Shown: positions 10,504 through 21,818 of the stretch, in pieces
How the letters are laid out: each line of letters begins with the position of its first letter
Position numbering within the stretch: position 1 is the stretch's first letter
Assembly: GCA_018064405.1 (NCBI GenBank)
Contig: JAGHVG010000011.1
Span: forward strand, 1 to 47,678
Length of the DNA: 47,678 nucleotides
Origin: Candidatus Enterousia scatequi
GTDB taxonomy: Bacteria; Pseudomonadota; Alphaproteobacteria; Rs-D84
Direction: 5' to 3'
Translations under genes and position numbers: made by a program
Notes under the pieces: generated by a model
Told to the model about the DNA's origin: nothing
Databases searched by the model: none
The model's input: the letters and a program-made list of their open reading frames with translations, nothing else

Positions 10504-10510
10504 GTAAAGT

Positions 10511-11569
10511 ATGAAAATTATAGACAGATATTTTACCCGGCAATTGATCGCAATATTCTTGGTGTTATTGTTAATATTAACGGGTTTGGCATGGATGATG
10601 GAAATTATGTCCATGATGAAATTCTTGATGACTTATGGTGTTAACTTTGGTGATTTTTTGGGCTTAACCGCATTGATGATACCGTTTATTGCGTCAATAA
10701 TAATACCGTTTGTGACATTTATAGCGATTATATTTGTTTACAACAAAACAATATCTGAAAACGAAGTTACAGTTATTGCTGCATCTGGACAATCGCCTGC
10801 CCAGATTGCGCGCCCTGCGCTAAGATTGGCATTGGTAATTACGGCGGTACATTTGTTGTTAAATGTTTTTATTGTTCCGATTAGTCAGGACCAGTTTTAT
10901 AACACACAGTGGAATTTGCGTTATGGATTGGCACACCTGAAATTGCAAGAATCTGCATTTACAGAATTAACCGACAATTTGGTCGTTTATGTGGAAGGGG
11001 TTTCTGGGTATGATATGTCACAGTTAATGTTGTCTGATATGCGTGATGAAAAAAATCAGGTTGTTATATTTGCAGAGAAAGGAAAACTAGTATCCACGGT
11101 TCATGGATTATCAATTGTCATGTCAAACGGGTCATTACAATTTATGTCTGATAATTTAATTACAGGAACGTTTGATACGTTTGATATGGATTTAAATGTG
11201 GCGGAAAAGGAAAACGAACGTTCGTTTCGTGTTCGCAGAATATCAACGTATTCTTTGATACGAAATTTATTGGATGCGCCAAATATGCGCCAACATAAAA
11301 TCATATTGTCTGAAATGTCAACGCGTTTGTTGTTACCTTTAATGAATTTACTATTGGCGGCTGTGTGTTTGTTGATATTATTAAAAACATCTCTGTTGCG
11401 CAGACGTGCCAGTTTTGCCCCTATGTTTGCGGTTATATCTATGGCAGTTATAATGGCAACCTATATGTCATTGTCCAATATGGTTGAACATATATACGAT
11501 TTTGGGATTTTGGCATGCGGGGTGTTAATCTGTTTAATGTGTACAATATTTTTATTACATAAAAAATGA
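10511..11569 (+). CDS. lptF: LPS export permease, LptF/LptG family
   Basis: IIDRY start, three N-terminal TM helices, ENEVTVIAASGQS, periplasmic beta region, C-terminal TM helices; adjacent to lptD. Confidence 0.85.
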   Translation: MKIIDRYFTRQLIAIFLVLLLILTGLAWMMEIMSMMKFLMTYGVNFGDFLGLTALMIPFIASIIIPFVTFIAIIFVYNKTISENEVTVIAASGQSPAQIARPALRLALVITAVHLLLNVFIVPISQDQFYNTQWNLRYGLAHLKLQESAFTELTDNLVVYVEGVSGYDMSQLMLSDMRDEKNQVVIFAEKGKLVSTVHGLSIVMSNGSLQFMSDNLITGTFDTFDMDLNVAEKENERSFRVRRISTYSLIRNLLDAPNMRQHKIILSEMSTRLLLPLMNLLLAAVCLLILLKTSLLRRRASFAPMFAVISMAVIMATYMSLSNMVEHIYDFGILACGVLICLMCTIFLLHKK

Positions 11570-13572
11570 ATAGGTTGTTAGGTTTCTTTTTAGTGTACTT
11601 TTTAACATACAATTATGTGTATGCCGTTGCCCTTGATGCTGAATCGCCAAAGACAATCAAGGCAAATAAAATAGAATATAATGTTAAAACTAAATCGATT
11701 GCTACATCTGGAAAAACAGAAATAACAAATGTTGCTGGTCAAAAACTAACATTGACTGGTTCTAAAATTACCGATAATGCCCAGACAATTTCTGGACAAA
11801 ACATAGAATTATGGTTGGGCCCCAGGGTTTATGTGAAATCATCAGATATCACACGTGATAGTGATATAACCATCGCAAATAATGCGGTGTTTACTGCGTG
11901 TAATGATTGCGACAAAATGGGGAATGCTTGGTCTGTACGCGCATCCAGTATAAAGCATGACAATAAAAGACATGAATTATATTTTACTAATCCTGTGGTA
12001 TGGATATATGATACGGCCCCTGTATTTTGGTTCCCGTATTATGAAATGCCAGATCCGTCTGTAAAGCATAGAAGTGGTTTTTTAACACCTGATTTACAAT
12101 CCACAAATAATATGGGAACGCGAATCAATTTACCATTGTATATTGCACTATCTGATACGCATGATTTTACAACAACGTTATCTTATTTAACCAAAGAAAA
12201 CCCGCTGTTTCAATTTGAACATCGTTTAAATATATCCCATGGTGAATTTAAAACAAGTGGTTCATATACGCATAACAAGGAAGGTAAAGACAGGTGGGGC
12301 ATATTTCATGATGATGTAATAGAATTGGGTGATTATGCTAGGGCAAGCGTGTTTATAGAACGTGTGTCTGATAAAACATATTTGCAAAAATATGGTTTTG
12401 ATATGTATAAACCTTATCTGGATTCTGGTGCAAAGTTAGAGGTTTTTGGTCAATCAGGATATGCTGTGGCGGATGCTCATGTCTTTCAAACACTTAAATC
12501 CGGTCGGTATTCTATATCTGGTGATATATTACCAAACGTTCATGGTATATATCAGACAGATCCATTTTTTAATGAAACATATGCATTATTTACTGGTGAT
12601 GTTTTGGGCGTGTCTGGGGATAATACGTCTATGCAGCGTGTTGTTGGTGATGCACGTATAGTGTCACCTTGGACACTGTGGGGCGGAAACCGTTTAACAT
12701 TGAGTGCTGATGTTCGCTATGATTTATACAATTTTAATAAAACAGATATGATAGACGGCAGTGTTTTTTCCGGAATAAAGACACGTTTTTTACCAAGTGG
12801 ATATATAGAATGGGGTTTGCCATTATATAAACCATCAGATAATTGGACACACATTATAGAACCGCGTGCACGATTAACAATTATGCGCAAGTTAGACAAT
12901 GAAGTATTTATGGAAAATAATGATTCTGCCGGAACATTTTTATCTGATGAAGTATTGTTTTCTGACAACCGTTTTTCAGGGTATGATTTGTGGGAAAATG
13001 GAACGTTTGCGGATTATGGTATGCAGTGGTCTGCATTTAATACAAACAACAATGTATCTGTGTTTTTGGGTCAATCGTATGATATTACTGAACGTGCAGA
13101 TACCGATCCTTTAAGTGGTTTCCACAATGGAATGTCAGATTTTGTCGGTCGCATAGAATACAACACAACACAATGGTTTGATATAAAAACAAGATTTCGT
13201 TTGTCGCAACAAGATTTATCTTTGCATCATATTGAATCAAATGCGCGTATTGGAACGTCGCATAATTACATAAATGTTGGACATATGTGGACGCAACAAC
13301 TAGAAGATTTATATGCACAAACTCAGGATATACATGAACTTATTGCGGGTTTTGGTGTTCAAATGACCGACAGGTTGTCTGCACGTTTTAACGCAATATA
13401 TAACGTTGCCTCAAACAGTTTTCAACGGCATTATGGTGGTCTGTTTTACGATCATCCTTGTTTTTATTTGGCCCTTACATATAAACACGATAATGCGGTT
13501 AAGGGCGATTATGTTGGTGATACTACTTTTCAATTTAAGTTTGGTATTACTATTGATGGACAAAAATATTAA
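11566..13572 (+). CDS. lptD: LPS assembly outer membrane protein LptD
   Basis: Signal peptide, FTACNDC, PVFWFPY, PDPSVKHRSGFLTP, SDKTYLQKY, LFSDNRFSGYDLWE, YDHPCF. Confidence 0.92.
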   Translation: MNRLLGFFLVYFLTYNYVYAVALDAESPKTIKANKIEYNVKTKSIATSGKTEITNVAGQKLTLTGSKITDNAQTISGQNIELWLGPRVYVKSSDITRDSDITIANNAVFTACNDCDKMGNAWSVRASSIKHDNKRHELYFTNPVVWIYDTAPVFWFPYYEMPDPSVKHRSGFLTPDLQSTNNMGTRINLPLYIALSDTHDFTTTLSYLTKENPLFQFEHRLNISHGEFKTSGSYTHNKEGKDRWGIFHDDVIELGDYARASVFIERVSDKTYLQKYGFDMYKPYLDSGAKLEVFGQSGYAVADAHVFQTLKSGRYSISGDILPNVHGIYQTDPFFNETYALFTGDVLGVSGDNTSMQRVVGDARIVSPWTLWGGNRLTLSADVRYDLYNFNKTDMIDGSVFSGIKTRFLPSGYIEWGLPLYKPSDNWTHIIEPRARLTIMRKLDNEVFMENNDSAGTFLSDEVLFSDNRFSGYDLWENGTFADYGMQWSAFNTNNNVSVFLGQSYDITERADTDPLSGFHNGMSDFVGRIEYNTTQWFDIKTRFRLSQQDLSLHHIESNARIGTSHNYINVGHMWTQQLEDLYAQTQDIHELIAGFGVQMTDRLSARFNAIYNVASNSFQRHYGGLFYDHPCFYLALTYKHDNAVKGDYVGDTTFQFKFGITIDGQKY

Positions 13573-13584
13573 AGGAGAGATAAA

Positions 13585-14403
13585 ATGAAAAAAATAATTA
13601 CATTTTTGTTTTGTATCACATGTTTACCTGCGTGGTCAGCAACTGTTGTTGCGACGATAAATTCTACACCAATTACGGATACAGATGTCACTGCGCGGAC
13701 ACAACTGATGGCGCGGCAGGGTAAAACACCTACGGATAATCGCAAGGTTGCGTTACAAAATATAATTGATGATTATGTGAAATTGGACTATGCAGCAAAT
13801 TTTGGTGTTAAACCAACGGCCAAGGATGCGGACGCAGAATTGCAGAAACTGAATTTAGACAATCTATCTGCATCTGAACGTGAAATTGCCCGCAATGCCA
13901 TACGTGCAGAAATGGCGTGGCAGGTAATAATCGCGCGAACAATTGTACCAATGGTTGATATATCTGATGCGGATATAAAGGCAGAAACCGCCGCATTGGC
14001 GCGTGATCGTGGATTGCCAATAGAAGTTACACTGGTGCGATTAGTGGATATTCCTAAAAAGGTAGCTGCAAAATTACAAAACCCATCTTCATGTGATGAA
14101 GCTGTTAAAATGGCCGAAGATTTAGGTGGTGCCCCACAAAAATTTACGGCAGTTCAGTATGAATTGTCTCAGGATATCCGTGATCGTATTGTTGATTTGC
14201 CTGAATTAACCTGGTCACCGGTTTTTGATAATACTGTTGTTTTGATTTGCGATACCAAGAAAACAGCGGAATATGGTAAATTGGATGAAATTATAAAGCA
14301 AAACGCATTGTATAAGCAGGCAATGTTTTTGGCCGATGAACAATTAAAGCAACTACGGCGCAAGGCGGTTGTTGTTATCACAGATGATAGATATAAACTA
14401 TGA
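13585..14403 (+). CDS. surA: SurA-like periplasmic chaperone
   Basis: Signal peptide, VVATINSTPITDTDV, C-terminal LKQLRRKAVV; conserved position after lptD. Confidence 0.8.
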   Translation: MKKIITFLFCITCLPAWSATVVATINSTPITDTDVTARTQLMARQGKTPTDNRKVALQNIIDDYVKLDYAANFGVKPTAKDADAELQKLNLDNLSASEREIARNAIRAEMAWQVIIARTIVPMVDISDADIKAETAALARDRGLPIEVTLVRLVDIPKKVAAKLQNPSSCDEAVKMAEDLGGAPQKFTAVQYELSQDIRDRIVDLPELTWSPVFDNTVVLICDTKKTAEYGKLDEIIKQNALYKQAMFLADEQLKQLRRKAVVVITDDRYKL

Positions 14404-15503
14404 AGCAGATATTATTTTCTTTGACGAAACCAGAACTGGAAAATTACGTTGACACGTTTGGTCAACCAAAATTCCGTGCACAGCAAATTCGCGATTGGAT
14501 GACGCGTGGTGCACCTGACTTTGCATCAATGAAAAATATTCCTGAAAAACTACGTAATGATTTAGATGCGGTTGCGCAAACTTTACCTGTTCGCGTTGTA
14601 AAACGTTTGCAATCATCCGATGGTCAAACAACCAAGTTTTTGTTGGAACTGCATGATAATGAACAAATAGAATGTGTTTTGATGCGTACCACCTATGGCA
14701 ACAGCGTATGTGTCAGTTCCCAGGCCGGTTGTGCAATGGGATGCAAATTTTGTGCCAGTACTTTGTTAGGTTTAAAACGTAATTTAACGGTTGATGAAAT
14801 TTATTCACAAATTTTGGTTGCACAATGGGAGTTAAGAAACGGAACGGGTACCAATCCAAACGGCGACCCAAATAATAACGATGTATCGCATATTGTTGTT
14901 ATGGGAACGGGCGAACCATTACAAAACACGCAAAATGTTATTGGTTTTTTGGAACGCGCAAATCGTGACATGAATATTTCATGGCGGCGTATAACCGTAT
15001 CAACATGCGGTATAGTTCCCGGGATTCATGATTTGGTCAGTTGGGGACGTCCGATAAATCTGGCAATATCTTTGCACGCACCAAATGATGAACTGCGCTC
15101 AAAAATTATGCCAATAAATAATAAGTATAAAATTAGTGAGGTTTTATCAGCCGCAGACGAATTTACAAATCTGCATAATCGTCAGTTAATGATAGAATAT
15201 ATTTTACTGGGTAAAAAGGACGAAAATGGCGAAACGGTTCTATATAATTGTACACCCGATTTGGCAGGCGATTTATCAGATTTGTTGCGCGGTAAAAATG
15301 TGATGGTGAATTTAATTCCTTGGAATGCTGTTGATGAACGTGATTTTGCATCGCCATCTGGAAATGCGGTGCATCGTTTCCAGGATGTTTTGATTCAAAA
15401 TGGTATTCACACAAGAATAAGACGGGAACGCGGAACAGATATTGGTTCGGCATGCGGTCAATTAAGATTAAATAACAACAAGGATAAACAAAAATGCAAT
15501 TAA
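14400..15503 (+). CDS. rlmN: Radical SAM 23S rRNA A2503/tRNA methyltransferase
   Basis: CVSSQAGCAMGCKFCAS (CxxxCxxC), MGTGEP, SLHAPN, VNLIPWN, SACGQL. Confidence 0.96.
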   Translation: MKQILFSLTKPELENYVDTFGQPKFRAQQIRDWMTRGAPDFASMKNIPEKLRNDLDAVAQTLPVRVVKRLQSSDGQTTKFLLELHDNEQIECVLMRTTYGNSVCVSSQAGCAMGCKFCASTLLGLKRNLTVDEIYSQILVAQWELRNGTGTNPNGDPNNNDVSHIVVMGTGEPLQNTQNVIGFLERANRDMNISWRRITVSTCGIVPGIHDLVSWGRPINLAISLHAPNDELRSKIMPINNKYKISEVLSAADEFTNLHNRQLMIEYILLGKKDENGETVLYNCTPDLAGDLSDLLRGKNVMVNLIPWNAVDERDFASPSGNAVHRFQDVLIQNGIHTRIRRERGTDIGSACGQLRLNNNKDKQKCN

Positions 15504-16240
15504 AATATATTACCTGTTCTGACCCGCGTGAATTCAACGATATAAACGATATTATAAAATTGGGGCAAATATCACCATTGGTTGAAATTGCGATTCAATC
15601 ACACCCATCAAAAATGTCACCCGGTATGCCACGTTTCCAGTGGTTTGAAGAATTGGTTTTACGGGTTGCCTCTGATAAATCATCAAAAATAAATTTAGCA
15701 ATGCATATAAACCGGGAATATTGTGATAGTATATGCCGTTTTGGTAAAATACCAACAGAAATAAAGCAGTTTTTTGATTTTACGTATGAAAACGGATCAC
15801 CAATTATACAACGTATACAGTTAAATATGCCCGCAGACACCGCAAAAAAGGTGAATATACGTAAATTATCTGAATTAATTGCAGCGGATTCAAAACGTGA
15901 GTTTATTTTTCAATATAATGACGAAACGAAAACCGCTGTTCAAAATATGTATAAAATGGGAACTTGTTTTTCTGTGTTATACGATGCGTCTGGTGGGCGC
16001 GGTATGTCACCGGCTGCATGGCAAAAACCTGTGTTTGCGAATCGTTTTCAGGGGTATTCTGGCGGAATATCCCCAGCAAATGTTATTAAAAACCTTGATG
16101 ATATCAATTCTGTGGTGTGGGCAAAGAAAAGGCCAATCTGGATTGATGCCGAAGGAAGATTGAAACAATATGACATGTTTAATATCGATTTGGCGCGTAC
16201 CTATATAAACAACGCATTGGCATGGCAAAAAATACGATAA
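15494..16240 (+). CDS. TrpF/PRAI-like TIM-barrel protein of unknown function
   Basis: RIQLN, VLYDASGGRG, GYSGGISPANV, WIDAEGRL resemble PRAI-like barrel motifs. Confidence 0.65.
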   Translation: MQLKYITCSDPREFNDINDIIKLGQISPLVEIAIQSHPSKMSPGMPRFQWFEELVLRVASDKSSKINLAMHINREYCDSICRFGKIPTEIKQFFDFTYENGSPIIQRIQLNMPADTAKKVNIRKLSELIAADSKREFIFQYNDETKTAVQNMYKMGTCFSVLYDASGGRGMSPAAWQKPVFANRFQGYSGGISPANVIKNLDDINSVVWAKKRPIWIDAEGRLKQYDMFNIDLARTYINNALAWQKIR

Positions 16241-16303
16241 AATGCCACTTGTTTTAGTTTTGTTTTTTGTTTAGTATAACATTTGTTAAAAAGGGGGAAA
16301 TAA

Positions 16304-17032
16304 ATGCAGCAATCGTTATCAGAAAAAAGATTTTTAGGACCAATAATTTTGGCACTGGGGTTGTTTTTTGCCGGCCTTTTGCCGGGATATTTCTATTATA
16401 GTTCTAAATTTGACAACAATACTGTAACCGTTAAGGGACTGGCGGAACAGGATGTTGTATCGGATTTAGCAATTTGGAAAATCAAATTTGTCGCCACAGG
16501 AAATGATTTGGTTGCAACTAAATCAAGCATTGAACAGCAAACAAATGCGATTGTGGCTTTCTTGAAAGATAATGGTTTTGAAGATGCAGAAATTGAAAGT
16601 GGCCAATTAGAAACACATGATGTAATGGCGGATGCCTATCGTAGCGAGCCGGTAAATACCCGGTTCATTTTGACAAAAACAATGTTTTTGCGTTCAACCA
16701 AGGTAAACGATGTAGCATCCGCGTTTGCCAAGACGGGCGATTTGATAAACCAGGGTGTTGTTTTTGATAACGAATATATGTTCCCTGTATCATATATATT
16801 TACGGGTTTGAATGCTATCAAACCACAAATGTTGGAATTGGCAACGAAAAATGCACACGAAGCAGCATTGGAATTCGCCAAGAGTTCAAATAGTCATGTC
16901 GGTAAAATTCATAAGGCAAACCAGGGTGTATTTTCTATTTTGCCACGTGATGAAACAAATATGTCGGATGCATCGCAACAGATAAATAAAAAAGTTCGCG
17001 TTGTTTCAACCATAGAATATTATTTGGATTAA
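16304..17032 (+). CDS. SIMPL (DUF541) domain protein
   Basis: N-terminal TM, VTVKGLAEQDV, FTGLNAIKPQML, ANQGVFSI, KKVRVVSTIEY. Confidence 0.88.
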   Translation: MQQSLSEKRFLGPIILALGLFFAGLLPGYFYYSSKFDNNTVTVKGLAEQDVVSDLAIWKIKFVATGNDLVATKSSIEQQTNAIVAFLKDNGFEDAEIESGQLETHDVMADAYRSEPVNTRFILTKTMFLRSTKVNDVASAFAKTGDLINQGVVFDNEYMFPVSYIFTGLNAIKPQMLELATKNAHEAALEFAKSSNSHVGKIHKANQGVFSILPRDETNMSDASQQINKKVRVVSTIEYYLD

Positions 17033-17033
17033 T

Positions 17034-17056
17034 AAAACGCCCATTTGGGCGTTTTT
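17034..17056. terminator. Bidirectional intrinsic terminator
   Basis: AAAA-CGCCC-ATTT-GGGCG-TTTTT between convergent genes. Confidence 0.85.
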
Positions 17057-18401
17057 AATTTTGTGCTAAGAAATTTTCCAACCAGTGGTTATCAATATTT
17101 AATTTTCTAACATCGCTGTTTGCTAATAAGCGCTTGTGCAATGGAATCGTTGTTTTGACCCCATCTATGATAAATTCGTCCAGTGCCCTATCGGCGCGCA
17201 TGATGCACGCGGTGCGATTCTGGGCGTGTACAATTAATTTGGCAATCATAGAATCGTATGTTGGTGGAATTGTATATCCAGTATATGCCGCTGAATCAAC
17301 ACGTACACCCAATCCGCCCGATGGTGAATATTGCGTCAGTGTGCCTGGATTTGGAATAAATGTTTCAGGATCTTCGGCATTTATGCGAAATTCAATCGCG
17401 TGTCCATGTGGAATGACATTAGATTGGTCATATCCTAATTTTTCGCCAGCTGCGACACGAATTTGTTCGCGAACTAAATCTATGCCATATACCGCTTCTG
17501 TCACAGGATGTTCAACCTGCAGACGGGTATTCATTTCCAGAAAATAGAATTTACCATCTTCATACATAAATTCAAATGTCCCGACATTGCTGTATCCCAT
17601 TTTCTTTGCGGCTGTTTTGCACGTTTCTATCATATCATCACGTTGTTTTTGGGTGAGTATCGCCGCAGGGCATTCTTCCATAACTTTCTGATTTTTGCGT
17701 TGCAAGGAACAATCACGTTCACCAAACACAACCACATTACCATGGTTGTCGCCTAAAATCTGAAATTCAATATGCCGTGGATGTAATAGCAGTTTCTCCA
17801 TATACAATGTATCATCGCCAAAACCGGACTTTGCCTCACTCTTGGTCACTTGATATGCCTCTGCCATATCGTCTGGACACATTACTGGTCTTATTCCGCG
17901 CCCGCCACCGCCAGCAGCGGCCTTTAACATAACGGGATATCCAATTTTATTAGCCCATTTTAATGCATCGGGCAAACTCTTAATCGCGCCATCTGATCCT
18001 GGAACAACAGGCAAACCACATTTTATTGCTGTTTGTTTGGCATTAACCTTATCCCCCATACGTTCAATCATATCAGGACTTGGACCAATCCAAATAATAC
18101 CATGTGATTCAACCTTGCGCGCAAAATCTGCGTTTTCAGACAGAAAACCATATCCAGGATGTATCGCATCTGCATTTGTTAACAGCGCAGCCGTTAAAAT
18201 TGCAGATTCATTAAGATATGAATCGCGCGCAGGTGCAGGACCAATGCACACAGATTCATCAGCCAACTGTGCGTGCATAGCGTTTTTGTCCGCACTTGAA
18301 TAAACGGCGACTGTGCGTATGCCCATATCCCTGCATGCGCGAATAATACGCAGTGCTATTTCACCACGATTAGCAATTAAAACTTTTTTTATTTTAGGCA
18401 T
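17055..18401 (-). CDS. accC: Acetyl-CoA carboxylase biotin carboxylase subunit
   Basis: LIANRGEIALRI, IHPGYGFLSEN, KAAAGGGGRG, EMNTRLQVEHPVTE, YDSMIAKLI. Confidence 0.98.
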   Translation of the reverse strand: MPKIKKVLIANRGEIALRIIRACRDMGIRTVAVYSSADKNAMHAQLADESVCIGPAPARDSYLNESAILTAALLTNADAIHPGYGFLSENADFARKVESHGIIWIGPSPDMIERMGDKVNAKQTAIKCGLPVVPGSDGAIKSLPDALKWANKIGYPVMLKAAAGGGGRGIRPVMCPDDMAEAYQVTKSEAKSGFGDDTLYMEKLLLHPRHIEFQILGDNHGNVVVFGERDCSLQRKNQKVMEECPAAILTQKQRDDMIETCKTAAKKMGYSNVGTFEFMYEDGKFYFLEMNTRLQVEHPVTEAVYGIDLVREQIRVAAGEKLGYDQSNVIPHGHAIEFRINAEDPETFIPNPGTLTQYSPSGGLGVRVDSAAYTGYTIPPTYDSMIAKLIVHAQNRTACIMRADRALDEFIIDGVKTTIPLHKRLLANSDVRKLNIDNHWLENFLAQN

Positions 18402-18402
18402 T

Positions 18403-18831
18403 TTATTCTATAACAATTAATGGTTGTCCAAATTCAACTGCGGCACCATCAGAAACCAAAATTTCTTTAACAACACCGTTTTGTGTTGCTTTAATGGGGT
18501 TAAAGGTTTTCATGGCCTCAACCATGGCGACTGTATCACCCGCCGAAACTGTTGATCCAACCTGGACAAATGGTTTTGCGCCTGGTTCGGGGGCCAAATA
18601 CACAACGCCAACCATTGGTGATGTTAATGCATTTGTATTATTGGTGTCTGCTGTTTTTTGCTGTGCTGCCGAAACAGTCATAGTGGGCATAGCAACAGTT
18701 TTTTCCTTAGACAAATGAATATGCTTACGATATACACCAAACAAGAACTGGCGTTCCAAATCCAATTCTGTTATTCCCATGTCATCCATAATCTTAGACA
18801 TGTTTTCCACGGTTGCACGAAAAGATGTCAT
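18403..18831 (-). CDS. accB: Biotin carboxyl carrier protein
   Basis: SPMVG, EAMKT biotinylation motif, VEFGQPL. Confidence 0.95.
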   Translation of the reverse strand: MTSFRATVENMSKIMDDMGITELDLERQFLFGVYRKHIHLSKEKTVAMPTMTVSAAQQKTADTNNTNALTSPMVGVVYLAPEPGAKPFVQVGSTVSAGDTVAMVEAMKTFNPIKATQNGVVKEILVSDGAAVEFGQPLIVIE

Positions 18832-18890
18832 ATAAAATCCTTTTTACGTTATATGTTTAAGGTAAATTTTACCCGAAAATCCCCCGATTG

Positions 18891-19130
18891 TCAAGGAACA
18901 GGGTCATATCCAAACCCACCACCCGGTCTGCAACGGAAAATACGATTTAATGCTAATTTTATCCCCTTTATAATGCCGTGTTTTTCTATTGCCTGTTTGG
19001 CATATTCACTGCATGTTGGGGTAAATCTGCACGCAGCACGCCCAGATATAAAAGGCGATATTCCACGCTGGTACAGAATAATCAATTTTATTACCAGTAA
19101 ACTAAGCAAAGATTTATTTTTTGCCGCCAT
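18891..19130 (-). CDS. yidD: Membrane protein insertion efficiency factor
   Basis: [31 protein letters not shown]. Confidence 0.95.
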   Translation of the reverse strand: MAAKNKSLLSLLVIKLIILYQRGISPFISGRAACRFTPTCSEYAKQAIEKHGIIKGIKLALNRIFRCRPGGGFGYDPVP

Positions 19131-19458
19131 ATTGTTTTTTCAAATATGCCAATGCTTTACGCATGGCCTCACGCCCATCGTCGCGCGTAGCGGTTAGTAT
19201 TGCCGCCCGTGATATAAACACATAATCATATTCAGGCAGCATTAATTTATCGTTAAAACGTATCCAGTCACGCAGCAGGCGTTTCGCCCTATTACGATGA
19301 ACGGCAAATTTAAACACCCGTTTTGTTACTTTCAGTCCATATCGTGGCGCCCCAGGTGTTTTTGTTGGAATCGTGCGAACAACAAAAAACGCACTCTTTG
19401 CCACAGGGCTATCCTCTGGCGCTAGGAAATCAGTATGTTTTTTTATTGTATCTCGCAT
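19114..19458 (-). CDS. rnpA: Ribonuclease P protein component
   Basis: [21 protein letters not shown] (RNR motif), DYVFISR. Confidence 0.92.
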   Translation of the reverse strand: MRDTIKKHTDFLAPEDSPVAKSAFFVVRTIPTKTPGAPRYGLKVTKRVFKFAVHRNRAKRLLRDWIRFNDKLMLPEYDYVFISRAAILTATRDDGREAMRKALAYLKKQYGGKK

Positions 19459-19525
19459 AATACTAGCAATAATACCACAATATATCGTAATGCAAATAAA
19501 AAAGGTATTTTTAGGTGCATGGCAC

Positions 19526-19554
19526 TTGCTTTTTTAGGTTTGGGGTTTTATAGT
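19526..19554 (+). promoter_or_regulatory. Sigma70-type promoter for mreB
   Basis: TTGCTT-N17-TATAGT, then AGGGG RBS. Confidence 0.55.
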
Positions 19555-19575
19555 GGAAAAAACGATAATTTTTAG

Positions 19576-20632
<1,057 letters not shown>

Positions 20633-20634
<2 letters not shown>

Positions 20635-20660
20635 AAAAACGTCCGTTTGGACGTTTTTTT
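20633..20660. terminator. Bidirectional intrinsic terminator
   Basis: A7-CGTCC-GTTT-GGACG-T7 between mreB and rpsO. Confidence 0.85.
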
Positions 20661-20661
20661 A

Positions 20662-20934
20662 TTATTTACGCAGACCCAATTTTTTAATCAAATCTTCGTA
20701 TTCAGCATCGCTATTCTTTTTGATGTATGCCAACAACTTTTTACGACGGTTAACCATCAACAACAAACCACGTTTAGAATGTTTGTCATTATGATTATCC
20801 TTCATATGTTGGGTCAAATTACGAATGCGTTCTGTTAAAACAGCAACCTGAGATGCGGCACTGCCACCATTATCTTTATCAGTTGTTTTATATGCTTTAA
20901 TCAGTTCTGCTTTTTTTTCTTTTGTTACGGACAT
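20662..20934 (-). CDS. rpsO: 30S ribosomal protein S15
   Basis: [41 protein letters not shown]. Confidence 0.97.
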   Translation of the reverse strand: MSVTKEKKAELIKAYKTTDKDNGGSAASQVAVLTERIRNLTQHMKDNHNDKHSKRGLLLMVNRRKKLLAYIKKNSDAEYEDLIKKLGLRK

Positions 20935-20944
20935 TTTTTATCCT

Positions 20945-21814
20945 TTATATTGTGCGCACTGGGCGCAATGTTTGATCTGATACATCGCCAATACCGATAA
21001 AAACACCATTGTTATATATTCTATATCGGCCATCACGCGATGCGGTTTTAATAAATCCACCATTTTTATACAAAACAGCATCTTTATTATCAAGATTCAG
21101 AACCGGAATGTCCCCCAGTCCAAAATCAATCGGCATCAGATATTTTTCCAATGCCCCCGTATTATTAACCAGATTTTCCAGAAAATCAAGTTTTACCGCG
21201 TTTTTTATATCAAAACCATTTGTTTTTACGCGTTTTATCATATCAACTGTGCCAAATGTCCCCAGTTTTCTAGCAATATCACGCCCCAAACTACGAACGT
21301 ATGTTCCGCGTGTGCAACAAACCCTAAAATTATAAGATTTATCTTTAATGCCTAAAAATTCTAGTTTGTGTATAGTAATTTGTCTGGGGGGAATATTTGC
21401 GCTTTTCCCACCTCGCACAATATCGTATGCGCGTATTCCGTTGACATGGACAGATGAATATTGGGGTGGGGTTTGAAAAATATTGCCAATGAAATCAGGT
21501 AAAACGCGAACAATATCTTGTTCTGATGGGCTGTCGCCCCCCTGTTCTATTATCTTGCCGGTTATATCCAATGTATCAGTTTCAAAACCAAATTGAACAG
21601 AAAACAGATATTCTTTATTGCCGTCTGACAGGTCTTCAATAAAAGGAATCATTTTTGTTGCAGACCCAATGGCGATTGGCAGGACACCCGTTGCCATCGG
21701 ATCAAGCGTTCCAATATGACCCGATTTTTTTTCGCCGAATAATCGTGCAACGCGCGAAGATGCGCTTCTGCTGAACAGACCACTCGCTTTATCCAAAATA
21801 ATCCATCCGTTCAT
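20945..21814 (-). CDS. truB: tRNA pseudouridine 55 synthase
   Basis: GWIILDK, GHIGTLDPMATGVL, QTPPQYS, GTYVRSLGRD. ATG 21814 preferred over TTG 21826. Confidence 0.95.
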   Translation of the reverse strand: MNGWIILDKASGLFSRSASSRVARLFGEKKSGHIGTLDPMATGVLPIAIGSATKMIPFIEDLSDGNKEYLFSVQFGFETDTLDITGKIIEQGGDSPSEQDIVRVLPDFIGNIFQTPPQYSSVHVNGIRAYDIVRGGKSANIPPRQITIHKLEFLGIKDKSYNFRVCCTRGTYVRSLGRDIARKLGTFGTVDMIKRVKTNGFDIKNAVKLDFLENLVNNTGALEKYLMPIDFGLGDIPVLNLDNKDAVLYKNGGFIKTASRDGRYRIYNNGVFIGIGDVSDQTLRPVRTI

Positions 21815-21818
21815 GCGC

